Source: Vicugna vicugna (Eukaryota). From it: a stretch of 64,000 nucleotides of DNA. Under the pieces are notes generated by a model that saw only the letters and a list, made by a program, of their open reading frames with translations, ran no database searches and was not told where the DNA came from. Position 1 is the stretch's first letter. Every line of letters starts with the position of its first letter. Of this stretch, positions 1-10,560 are shown in pieces. The position numbers and the translations under genes were made by a program. The stretch covers positions 372,001-436,000 of the forward strand of contig MU061464.1 of the NCBI GenBank assembly GCA_013265495.1, given 5' to 3'.

Positions 1-236
1 ACCTGAGGCATCCGGCGGGCTCAGCGTCGCCTCTGCGACCTTGCGTGTGCTGGTCTCCGCACAGCGTTGTTTATGCTCTAAGGTGCGCGTGTACGTGTGT
101 GTGTGTGTCGGTGGTCATGAAAGAAACATGAGGGCCCAGAAACACACCTTTCATCTAACACATGAGGAGGAACTTCCCTTCTTGGCACACATCTCTCCGC
201 CTCCCGTCTCGTCTCTGCCTTGATGATCACTCTTCT

Positions 237-275
237 TTTTTTTTTTTTTTAACATTTTTTATTGATTTATAATCA
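237..275 (-). mobile_element. Extremely 5'-truncated young L1 (25-nt 3' tail plus poly(A)) with TSD
   Basis: The reverse complement of 251-275 (tgattataaatcaataaaaaatgtt) is identical to the L1 3' end at 50547-50571. Poly(T) at 237-250. Flanked by tgatg[a/g]tcactcttct at 221-236 and 276-291. Confidence 0.9.
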
Positions 276-1209
276 TGATGGTCACTCTTCTGACAGTGCT
301 GGGATGCATCCCCTTCCTGGGGGTCACTGCCGCCCGGCAGGGGGGGTACCAGGGCGTCAGACTGCAGAGGAAGGGGATTTGGAAGGGCAGGAGGCAAAGA
401 GTTTCCAGCTGACGTGCGCTAGGAAGCGTTTTTCTAGACCCCTCAGAGAATCCTCCTTTTGCTGTTGCTGGATTCACCGTCTCTCTGTGGAGTAAATGCA
501 TCCTGCTTAGGCGTGAGGGCAGGGCACCGTCTGTCTCTGCTGGGGACCGCAGCTCCTCAGACCAAGGCTTCGGACCACAGGCTGTGGAGGCGGAACTGGC
601 AGGAGTCCCCTCCTTCAGGCGTCGCCAGGGGCTTCTTGGACACGTGGGCAGATGCGGTGTTGCTTGGTCCTCACGGCTGAAATCACGCTGATTGTTGGGC
701 TGTGTGGCCTCGCTGACTTCGTCCTTCCCTCCGTCCCTCTGCCTCGGAGGGCAAGCTGAGAGGGACATTAGTGGGGAGCTCTGTTCTGTGTCGCTCTCCC
801 CCCAGTGAATTTCGTTCATCTTTCGCGTTCTCTCCCACCTTCTGGAGCCTGGTGCCTCACCGCCGGCAGGTGGGAGCATCTCAGATATCCCAGGATCCTC
901 TCTTCTTGCCAATTCGTTCCTTCTCCGAAGAGTGGGAGACACAGCCCTTACTCCAGAGGCCTGGGCCGCCGGCCTTTGTAGCTGCCGAGGGCGCGGCCCT
1001 CAGAGTCAGGGTTTCCTTTTTGGTCTGAGTTTCTTCTTAAAGGTGCACGATGTGGGGCGGGGGGCTCTGGTAGCGCTGGGCTAGCTCACCCAGTAAAACT
1101 TCTCCTTGTTCAGTAAGGTAAGTGCTCCTTAAATCATGGCGACGATTAAAAGGCTGCGTTCACTTACAGAGACAGCGTCTTTATAGAATCCTTACAGCGA
1201 TCGGCTGGT

Positions 1210-1570
1210 AACAAGTGATTCAAAACGGGCGGAGGAGGAAACATCTTCCCTGGTGTTGTCTTGAAACATACGGCATGTTCGCAGCCCACAAACCGACAGC
1301 AACGCAGCTCATTTAGTAAAAGGGGAAAATGCTCGTCAGGTTAAGCAGGTCGAGTACAAATGTGCGTATGCAGTTATGATAGCTTCAGTGTAAAACGAAA
1401 CCCACACGTGTATTCATAGCAGAAAGTGGAGGCGAAACACCGCAGGTGATGCAGCGGTCGGGAGATTACCTGCTTTGTTTCGTTTCTTCCTCTTCCCTCT
1501 CTGTCTGTATTCTCCGGTTCCTCTTTGTGGAGTGTTACTAACTTTATAATCAAAAAGTCACTTTTAAAAA
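1210..1570 (+). mobile_element. Degraded old L1M (L1ME-like) 3' end fragment
   Basis: Weak resemblance to recalled L1ME 3' UTR sequence, ending in an A-rich tail-like segment (ctttataatcaaaaagt). Confidence 0.3.
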
Positions 1571-2199
1571 GTTATGACAGGCGTGTGCCAATTTGGTGTT
1601 TAATTACTTAAACATTTTGAGAGAAGAAAAACGGGGAAAAGCACGTGGCATAAACTGTAGAATAGTTGATTAAATGAGCCTGTTGAGTATAGTGACTGTT
1701 CCCTCGTGGGCAGAAACGCGGGAGCCTCAGATACCTGGGCAACTTACCAAGAAGCAAAGTAAGTCACCTGGTTAAATTAATTAACGTATAGAAAGTGCTC
1801 CAAGCAACACGTGGGACACGGTAAGTTGGTTATTTTCTCTGTTGTTATTTTCACCACTACCACCCCTGGATACTAGCACATTTTGTAACACCTTGAATAG
1901 GTCACAATACTCACTGAATGCCTGGCGAGTTAGTGTCCCCAGGCCCTTCACGACGCTGGTTCATCTAGCAGTTGTGTTGGCGGGACGCGGTGCGGCAGGC
2001 GTGATCTGAAGAGCGCTGGGATGAGGGGGACCGTCTCCTCCCCGTCCCGGTCACTGCCCTCCTGGTGACGTTTGTTCGGTGGCCACGTCTCATCTTTGCT
2101 TCATGCTGAGCCCTCAGTCTACAGAAACGTCGACGTCTTTCTCACAGGTGCAGTTGGCAAGCCGGTTTCCTTACCCGATCTGTGCTCTCGAACTGTTTG

Positions 2200-2335
2200 A
2201 ACTAAATTATTTAACTTGATGCCTGCTGAATCTAACCTCTTTTGGCCCAACTTCCAGACTGCTATGTGTTTTTACTCCCAATTCTTTTTCTGTACCGTTC
2301 GCTATCCTCTTAGGCTTAATGCAATCCAAACTTCT
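2200..2335 (-). mobile_element. L3/CR1 LINE fragment (RT region)
   Basis: Resembles the antisense of the CR1/L3 FADDTKLG-coding segment (...gctatcctcttaggcttaatgcaatc). Confidence 0.35.
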
Positions 2336-2505
2336 TCTGCAACAACATCATTGACTTAAAAAGTGGGACAGGACAGAGAGCCCTGAGCAGTGGCTGCCGG
2401 GACCCCCCGTAGGCTGGCGTAGAGGAACATCTCAGGCCCTCGTGCACTACCTGCTTATTCTTGTTTTATTTATAATGCTAGCAGAACGCATCTGTTTGGT
2501 GGTTT

Positions 2506-2542
2506 TTTGTTTGTTTGTTTGTTTGTTTGTTTGTTTGTTTTT
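2506..2542. repeat. (TTTG)n microsatellite
   Basis: About 9 tandem tttg units visible directly. Confidence 0.95.
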
Positions 2543-2639
2543 TGGCTAAGGACAGATTAGGAGCCACAAGTTGACGAGGGAAAGAATTCTTAGGGATGAG
2601 TGGACTGACCGTAGCCTGAGTTGATGGTCTGATGCTTCC

Positions 2640-3125
2640 GGAGGAGACAGAAGGATGAGGCCCAAGGGACACGTGACATTTAGGGGTTTGGAGGATCTCA
2701 GGATGGAATTCAGACTGTGACTGAAGAATCTGTGTTACAAAGTATGAAATAAACCCACTGAAGGGCGCGGGTGAGGAGGATGCTGACCTGCATCACTCAG
2801 GAGAGAGTGGGGCCGGCAAGACTAAAGCGAAGGAGCTGCACACAAGTGCTTCATCAAGCCTGTTTGAAAAGTCACTTCCCATGAGGGTGAGGGTTCAGGT
2901 TAGTGAATCTGGAGCTACTGTATATATACTAGACTAGAAAAATGAAGTAACTGGAGAGTGGGCGGTGGGGCCAGGAGTGGGAGGTGACAGGTAAGTGAGA
3001 GGAGTGATCCGTGTGGCCCACGTGGAAATGGGTTACAGTTGGAGCCATCAGTGTGGATTCGTGTAACACAGCATTAAGCTAAACTACAGATAAAGCTGTA
3101 CGGAGTATGTGTTGACAAGTGTGCA
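2640..3125 (-). mobile_element. L2 LINE fragment
   Basis: Purine-rich antisense L2 pattern (gacacgtgacatttagggg...ttggagccatcagtgtgg...gtatgtgttga). Confidence 0.55.
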
Positions 3126-3136
3126 GGATGCGTTAC

Positions 3137-4190
3137 TGTAGCAACGTGTTCTTTGCTCTGTCAGCTGAGGGCCTGGCGGCAGTGACTCCCCAGAGCAAGA
3201 GCACGCCTTGCACCCGGACTGTGGCTTCTCGTGCCTTTTCTAGCGAAAGGAACCGGGCCCTCTGCAGAACGGCAGGCTCCAGGGCTGGGGCAGGGAATCG
3301 GCAGAACCCAGAGCCCGAAGTGAAGAAGTGCTCACGAAGCCCACAATGGTGGGGTTTCGTCAAAGGTGCACAGGAGTTAATTGAAATAGGTCCAATGGCC
3401 AAAGATGAAACAATCTGAGCAGCAAAATAAAGTAGTAATGAGTTATGACCCAAAGTATAAGATAAATACTCATGAATCCATCCTGATGTAAGGAAGTGAC
3501 TGAATAAAGAAGCAGGGAGCATAAACACATCTGTGCAGGAAGATCGCAAATGGTTTAACCAGACCCTCTGCCCTTGAGGAGGTGGAGCGTAATCCCAGGT
3601 GTGGGATTTGCACAGTGACTGCCCTCCAAGGAGAGCAGCACGAAAAGCAGGCAGAGCTCACAGTGACCACCTCGGCCATCTGGTCACGGTCCACGCCAAC
3701 ACAGGGACAAGCCGTGGCAGTACTTCTCCGCGATACGACGTAACGAAAAGAGCACTTTACCTCTGGGGTCTTCCTCCCCCAAACCCGTAATTCAGACTAA
3801 TCATGAGAAAAGCATGAGACAAATCTCAGCTGAGGGACGCGCTGTACGTACCTGACCAGCACTCCTCCCACTGTCAGGGTCATCAAAACACAGGGAAGGT
3901 CTGAGCCGCGGTCGCAGCCCAGAGGAGCCTGAGGAGCCAGAACTGCTGAACGTACTGCGAGGTCCTGGGACAGGAGGAGGACACGACGCAAATGGCAGGA
4001 AAACCCGCAAAAAGCATAAACTTTAATGAATGACAATGGACTGACGTTGGCTCGTTAATTGTGGCAAATGTGACGCCAAGGCCAGGCGTTAATAACCGGG
4101 AAAGCCAGGCGTGAGGGCTGCTCTGACCCTCGGCAGCAGCCTCACGGCTTTCCTGTGAATCTGAAACCGTTCCAGAGTAAAAGGCTGAAG
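3137..4190 (+). mobile_element. L1MC1/L1MC2-like 3' UTR (ancient eutherian L1)
   Basis: Long collinear match to recalled L1MC 3' end blocks: tttgctctgtcagctgagggcc, ccaatggccaaagatgaaacaatctgagc, gcactttacctctggggtcttcctccc, taatcatgagaaaagcatgagacaaatc, ending at ttcctgtgaatctgaaaccgttccagagtaaaa. Confidence 0.85.
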
Positions 4191-4552
4191 GGGGAAGAAG
4201 GTACCAGGACCTCAGAAGCATCGCAGGGGTCCTTGCACACCACACCTCAGGAGCCCGCGGGCCTCCCTGCCACCGAGCTGTGCCGGCTGAAGTTCACGTA
4301 GGAGCTGAGTCACCCAGAACAGGTCCAGCTCTCCCCATGTTCCATTTAACGCAGAGCGGCTCTCACCACATTCTCTGCTCAGGGCCGGCTTTTTGGTATT
4401 TCTAGCCCCAGGCTCTGTATGTGCTCTGTCCTCCCTTCCATCTTCCTGACGTCGTTTGGCCTGGGAGTCCCAGGATTCAGGATTCAGGTCCCTCCTCATT
4501 CCTTTTTGTCTCCTGGCAGAGTCTCTGGCTCCTGGCTCAGGTACATCCACTT

Positions 4553-5520
4553 TCTCTTAACATTTTATTTTGAAATACTTTTAGACTTTCAAGGAAAAGT
4601 CACAAAAATAGACTCAGAAAGTTCTCAAATACTCTGTGCCCAGCTTCCCCCAATGTCAAGTGTCTTACCTAACATAGCACAATGACAGAAACCCGGAAAT
4701 TAACACTCACAGTACGATTAAGCTGCAGACCTTGTTTGAATGTTGCCAGCTTTTCTTGGATTGATCCCTTGAGCGCTACGTAGTGTCCTTCTTTGTCTTT
4801 TGTAACAGTCTTTATTTGAAAGTCAGTTTTGTCTGATTTAAGAACTGCTGCTCCAGCTTTCTTTTGCTTTCCGTTTGCGTGGAATATTTTTCCCGTCCCC
4901 TCACGTTGAGCCTGCGTGGGTCTTCAGCTCTGGGGTGGGTCTCTTGCAGACAGCATATTTACTTGTTTTTGTATCCATTCAGCCAGTCTGTGTCTTTTGG
5001 GTGGAGTGTTTAATCCATTTACATTTAAGGTAATTACTGATACACCAGTTGTTCTGTGAATGTCCTTTTTTTGTTTTGGATCCAGCCCCAGATCACACAT
5101 GGCACTCCGTCACCCCCGTTCTGTGATAGCGCCTCCGTTTTTCTTTTTGTCTTTCATGACACTTAAAGCGTATCGACCGGTTGTTTTACACGCTGTCCTT
5201 GGATGGGAGTTTTGACTGTTTTCTCATGTTTAGAGCAGGGTTGTGTATTTTTGGCAGGCTTGTCACAGAAGGGGTGTGCCCTTCCCAGTCCGTCAGGGCA
5301 CAGGGCATGTGGTGTCGATTGTCTCATCACTGGAGCTGTGAACTTCGACCTCTTGGTCAGGGGGGTGTCTGCCAGGTTTCCCTACTGTAAAGTTGCTACT
5401 TTTCCTTCTGTAACAGGCGTCTCAGTGGTACTTTGAGACCACGCAGATACCCCGTTTCTCGTCATACTCTTGCCCGCCAGTTGTAGGTCCGTCAGCGATT
5501 CTGGCCCACAGCAGTTACCA
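4553..5520 (-). mobile_element. Old L1M (L1ME/L1MC-type) 3' end, interrupted at 4756-5044
   Basis: Starts with the antisense tail ttttattttgaaatacttttagactttcaaggaaaag. Resumes at 5045 with characteristic blocks (gtctgccaggtttccctactgtaaagtt, actttgagacc). Confidence 0.75.
4756..5044 (-). mobile_element. L1 ORF2 endonuclease-region fragment nested in the older L1M
   Basis: Antisense of the L1 ORF2 5' region (gctccagctttcttttgctttccgtttgcgtggaatatttt...ttaatccatttacatttaaggtaatta). Possible degenerate TSD ccagcttttc / ccagttgttc. Confidence 0.75.
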
Positions 5521-6069
5521 GGCGATGGCAGCAGCAGTGCCCAGCGTTGTTGCTGCGACGTGCCGCGTGCCTGGCGCTGCGCTGAGCTCTGGGTCTCACT
5601 TGCTTTCACAACAGCCACTGAATTAGGTACTTTGTCCCCAAGAGTTTTCTTCTCTGCGGAACCGTCTGCAGCCTGTGTGGACTGGGTAACTCCGTGTTCC
5701 TGTAACTTACAGTCTGCCCTTCTGCCATCGTCCTTCCCGCCCTCTGTGGTCATTCTGGGTTTTCTCTCTCCCGCACTAGACCTGTGGGCTCTTACCCCTG
5801 CATCTCCACTTCTGTGTGCGATGCCAGTCACGTCATAAGTGCTCAGAAATGTGAACGAAATAATTTGGTTTTAGAGTCTCTGTAACCCTGGTTCGTCCCT
5901 CCTGATCATGCCACGTTGTTCTGTTTCACTGGCTGATCGTGGCTCTTCGATAGCCAGGCCATGTTCCTGCCCTACATAAAGCTCACAGCCAAAGATCAAA
6001 ACTGGGCTTTTTCACAGGTGCTGTAGCTCTTAAGCTAGGTGTCCCGAACGCCATCTCTCTACTCTTGAA

Positions 6070-6220
6070 TTTTTCAGTTAAGTTCAAGGCTTTAGACTGA
6101 TCCCTATTAAATACCATCTTGTTTGTTTAGCCTGCCTTTTCAACAACGGAGATCTTTCCAGGACCTAATTCTGTTCTCTAGCCCGTTCGCTATCTTTTCA
6201 GCTTAGTGCAAGCTATACAT
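6070..6220 (-). mobile_element. L3/CR1 LINE fragment (RT region)
   Basis: ctttagactgatccctattaaataccatcttg...gatctttccaggacctaattctg...gctatcttttcagcttag resembles the recalled L3 antisense sequence. Confidence 0.5.
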
Positions 6221-6469
6221 TTTCTTTCTCCCTCCAAGTGATTGATGACAGTGTGAGATAAGCCAGGACCAAGTACACCAGGAAGGCTCCTGACGCTGTT
6301 CAGCACTCTCCAGATGCAGTGGAAGCCTTTTCTGAAAATAAGGTGGACTGTCTCTGGTATTCTTTACCACGGCGCAGAACAGTAAGATTTGACGAGACAT
6401 AGCTGATTTAAAATTACATGTTCTTTGTGGCATTTCACTGACATCTGTGTAATTTTTTCTCTCACACAT

Positions 6470-6835
6470 TCATTCATTAATCTTATTCTTATGGAACATC
6501 TACTGTATGACAGACACTGTTCCAAGTGTATAGTGTGAACAAAATACATGAGTTCCTGGCTTATAGGCAAACAAAAATGTAAATGAGAGCATGTTTCAAA
6601 TAATTTTAGAAGCTATGAAGATGCAAAGTAGGGTGGTGACTAATCAGGAGAGGCCTCAGTGAAGAGCTGATAGTGGAGCTAGGGTCTGAATGATACGACA
6701 AAGGAGCTATGAGAAGATCAGGGGAGGAATAGTCCTGCAGAGGGAAGAGCAAGTGCAAAGGGCCTGAGGCATGTGAGTTTAACAGGTTCAAAGACCAGAA
6801 GGGTGGCCAGTCAGCTGGAACATGGTTGTAACTTC
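6470..6835 (-). mobile_element. L2 LINE 3' fragment
   Basis: Begins with the cattcattcatt antisense tail, followed by typical blocks (gcagagggaagagcaagtgcaaagggcctgaggc). Confidence 0.8.
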
Positions 6836-7639
6836 CAGTTACTTGACAGAGATACTTGTTGCTTTTTTTTCTAGAAATTGTCTAATTTTATACTTAAAAT
6901 TTGACATTGTTTCTCAGATACTAGAAAAAAAGTTAGAACAGAATTGCAGGAAGAGAACTAGCGCATTTCCCCAGGAACAAAGTCTCATCTGAAAACGAAA
7001 CAAAATATTGGAAGTTCTGGATGCTCGAGGGTTGGTAAGAACGCTCCTGATGTTCCCAGCGCGCGCCTCTCCCCAGGCTGGATGCGGTGATGCGTCCTAA
7101 GTAGAAAGCCATCTGTACTGTAATGGGTATTGTTTTGGGTGCGTTAATAGTGAGTGTGGAACACTGCCTTGAAGCGTGCACTTGGTTTGTAAACTGAAGA
7201 CCTGATGACTGCGGACTTGGCGTAAATGAGGCGACGGAAGCTGTTTCCCGAGCCTTTTCAGGGGCGCGCAGTGGAAAGCGAGAGCTTTGTTAGAAGGCGT
7301 TCACATTTGTTTGTTTTTCTTACTTGACAGGAGTTCTGAATCTCTCTGCATTTACACACTTGACAGACTTGGTATGTTTTCTCAAACAAGCAAACAGCTT
7401 AGAAAAGTTCACAGCTAGGTAATTTTGTCTCAGATATCTGCTTAAATTTCAAAGGCAACTTGAGCCTGGGCGAGCTCTGAAACCATGTAAACGTGTGTAT
7501 TCGCAGACACTTTTTTCTGTACAGCACACATATCTTCTGAGTAGCATCTGTGTTGATGTGAAGAGTTCACATGAAGACGCACCTGTTCTTTCTCCAGCTT
7601 GTCTTTAGTTTCTTTTAGTTTAGTTTGACGTGAACAGGG

Positions 7640-7790
7640 CTGATCTGTGTAATTTTAGGTCATGTTGTCTGAGGCCGTCATTAGAAGGGGAACAGAGATC
7701 CGAAAGGTCCGTGTGGCTGGCCCAAGGTCACGTGGCGGGTGGCCAAGCAGGACCTAGAACCCAGGTCTGAATGGCAGCTCGCTTCGGGCA
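7640..7790 (-). mobile_element. MIR SINE
   Basis: gaacagagatccgaaagg...gcccaaggtcacgtgg...caggacctagaacccaggtctg matches the antisense MIR core. Confidence 0.65.
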
Positions 7791-8059
7791 GGTGCTGACG
7801 GGAAGCCCACAGCCCGGGGCTCGGAGGGAGGGAGGCAGTGAGGAAGGGCCGGGCGGGGGAAGCCCCGGCCTCAGGGCAGGGTTTTAGCTTTCCTGGAGGA
7901 CGGAGGTGGCAGGAACGGGGCAGGTAGGCCAGGCTCCTCGTGGAGCAGATCAGCGTCCAGGACAGAGGCCGGCCTGAGGGGGAAACTGCCACCCGCAGCG
8001 GTGACAGCGGCGCTTGTAACTTCTGCCTTCGGGACAGCGAGCACGCACTGGGCGTCGGC

Positions 8060-8190
8060 TTGTGCGTCTGAGGTAACCTTTGATTTTCGTCGTAACCCTG
8101 GCAGGAAGGTGCTGTGTTCCCATTTTCAGAGGAGGACGCTGATACTCAGAGCGTTAATGCCGTGCCCGCGATCACGCGGCTTGCCCTGAG
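8060..8190 (-). mobile_element. MIR SINE
   Basis: cgtaaccctggcaggaaggtgctgtgttcccattttcagaggaggacgctgatactcagag matches the antisense MIR core. Confidence 0.65.
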
Positions 8191-9439
8191 AGAGCGCACC
8201 GTGCCTTGACACTGTCTGCCTTTGCCAGGTCTCTGATTTCTGCAGTTTTACGCTGCCAAGTCAAAATCGTAGATAAAAAAGGGCTGGGCAGACGTGCCGA
8301 GGTCAGAGATGGGGTAAGGCGCGGCGCGGCGTGTGCCCGGCCCTGGGGGCGTAGGGCAGAGGAGCAGCACGGAGGCCCTCCTGCGCAGCAGGTGACGGAA
8401 GGAGCCCCAGCAGCTCTCACGCTTCCCCCTGCGGCGCTGACGCGTGATGACTCCCTGCCTCTGAAATGCGGCTGGACCTCTGTAGGTGGTGTGGTGCCCA
8501 CAGGCAACTGATACCGAGAGGGAACTGATACTGGGCTCGGAGAACATTTAACAGGAGCCGGTGAGCAGTTGCTGGTATACCGCGTTCACCGTGCCGGACT
8601 CCGCTGGTGCTCTGGAAGAGAGGCCACCGCGGATGCTGTCAGATCTACCGAGTGCCGAGAGGAGAACTGGAGTGGTGAGGAGGGAAGCCACGTGCCCGTG
8701 AGGAATCACCGAGTGCCTGTGCGTTGCTGAGCCTCGTGGGTGTTCAGCCTGAGGAAGGAGAACCTGGGGGAAGACCGGCACGCCACTTTTATGGGGAAGG
8801 GAAGGAAGGGTTCTTCCCTGAGCATCTTTCGGTGATCCAGTCCTAGCAGCCCCGCAGAGGAAACACGCCCGCTCCCTGTGGATCAGGAAGTGAAGCTGAG
8901 AGAGGGAGCATTTGCTGCGGTGCTTAGCTAGTAAGTGGACCCAGCCCTGTTGTCCCCGCATGCAAAGCCAGTGGAAGAGGCCTTAGCCTTCAGGCTGAGT
9001 GGCCCGTAGCAAAGCCAGAACCCGCGTTATGACGTAGCGAGGCTAATTGCACAGCTTAGTCCAAAAGCACTTCCCTGTGAGAAACACTGTTCCTTCCCCA
9101 AATAAAACGCGGTGCCATGAAAGCACACTCACGATGGCTTTGCTGAGACGTAATTTTATAAAGTAACACTTGCCTGCTCTAAGCATACAGTTCCAAAGCG
9201 CCCGTAAGGCAGCAGGTTTCCTGTCGTTGGAGCTGCTCGAGTAGAAGAGGCCGGGGCATCTTTCAGGCGAGAATACAGGAAGAGGAAGGTCCCGCTTCTA
9301 TCTCCAGAAAAGCTGGTTTTAAGCCTGTTACACGTGGTTTCAATACCCCTGGGGCACTGAGCAGCTTCCCACCTCAGTGTTTTAAACTTCGGTGGCTACA
9401 CAGGAGTGGAAGGGCCCAGGATTTGCTCGTTTGTGCTTG

Positions 9440-9615
9440 TCACAGTGTTGGCCGCACACCAGAATCACAGAGGAAGTTCTGAACACTTCAGATGCAGATC
9501 TGAGGACCACGCCCCAGGGCAGCTAAGTCAGCACCTCCGGGGTGGGCCCGGCACCTGACCCCCGTTAGCGTTAGCGGCAGCTGTGCCGGAAGCTGCCTTC
9601 CTCGGTGGGGTGTTC
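9440..9615. mobile_element. MER5A-like hAT-Charlie MITE
   Basis: cagaatcacagaggaag...gatgcagatctgaggaccacgccccag...aagtcagcacctccggggtgggcccgg resembles MER5A. Confidence 0.5.
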
Positions 9616-10259
9616 CCAGAGGGTCACAAAGGGTCAAAGCCCCAAACCAGCCCCGTCCTGCCAGCTGCCCCCAGTTCCTGCCTGTTGTCGCTTCTCTGCG
9701 CCCAGTGGTGAATCAGCCACGTTCGAGTTGCTTCAGGTCTCACAACAGCTGCCGCTGCCCCCTGTGCAGCTCCTCCAAGACGTCCAAGGCAGTGCTGACA
9801 GCTTAACCCCAGACAGTCTGTCTCATGACCTTTCAGCCAGCAGAACGCTTATCTGTATCTCAGTCGTGCCCTCAGTCCTCATTTCTGCAGGACGGAAAGG
9901 CCCTTGAGAGAGGAGTTCGTGGTAACTCCGTCTCCACCCCTGGCCAGCGCTCCAGCTTTCCGAACAGTGATTTCACCCGTATTTCCAAGTTTCTGTGCAT
10001 CTTTTCTTCAGTTGTGCGGGTCATTGCATGTGTGCCTGCATCGGAGCATCAGTGCTTTGACTTGAACAGTTAAACTGATCGTAATGTGGTCCCGTGATAA
10101 TCTGGCCTGGGAGCCAGAAAGCATCAAAACTGGTGGCCTTGGGGAACCTTGAGACCTCTCTGAGCCTTGATCTCTTTGTAGAATGAGGCTAACGGTTCCA
10201 GCCTAAGTGTCCCTCTAATGCGTGTGATCACGCCTGACAACTTGTCAGGCTGCGCTCCT

Positions 10260-10560
10260 GCTGTGTGCCAAGCGCTGCACGGGTCCCTGGGGAAACCAGC
10301 GTGAGCAAGTTTCGATTCCTGCCCCGGAGAACCTTCCAGCTTAGTGAAGGAGATACGCTCAAAACCAGGTCGTTGTGGAAGGGTGTGGTGGGTCAGAAAT
10401 GTCTAGGATGCTCTGGGAGCATCAAGGAAGGGTCAGAGCTGTCAACACGGAGATTTCAGGAAAGGCTTCGCACGGGTGCTGATGGAAGACAAAGGGGAGG
10501 TTAGCAAGGAGAACCAGAGAAAGAAGGGGCGGAGGGGGCGGAGGACGTAGGTGAGCGCAC
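10260..10560 (-). mobile_element. L2 LINE fragment
   Basis: gtgccaagcgctgcacgggtccctgggga...cttccagcttagtgaagga...gatgctctgggagcatcaaggaaggg is an antisense L2 pattern. Confidence 0.6.

Noticed and set aside
259-942. 227-aa minus-strand ORF; the 232-aa ORF at 51435-52133 and the other short ORFs are similar
   Set aside because: No recognisable domains and non-ATG starts; typical of GC-rich non-coding DNA.
10232-10250. 9-bp-arm palindrome gcctgacaa-c-ttgtcaggc
   Set aside because: Within chance expectation for 64 kb, and no supporting context.
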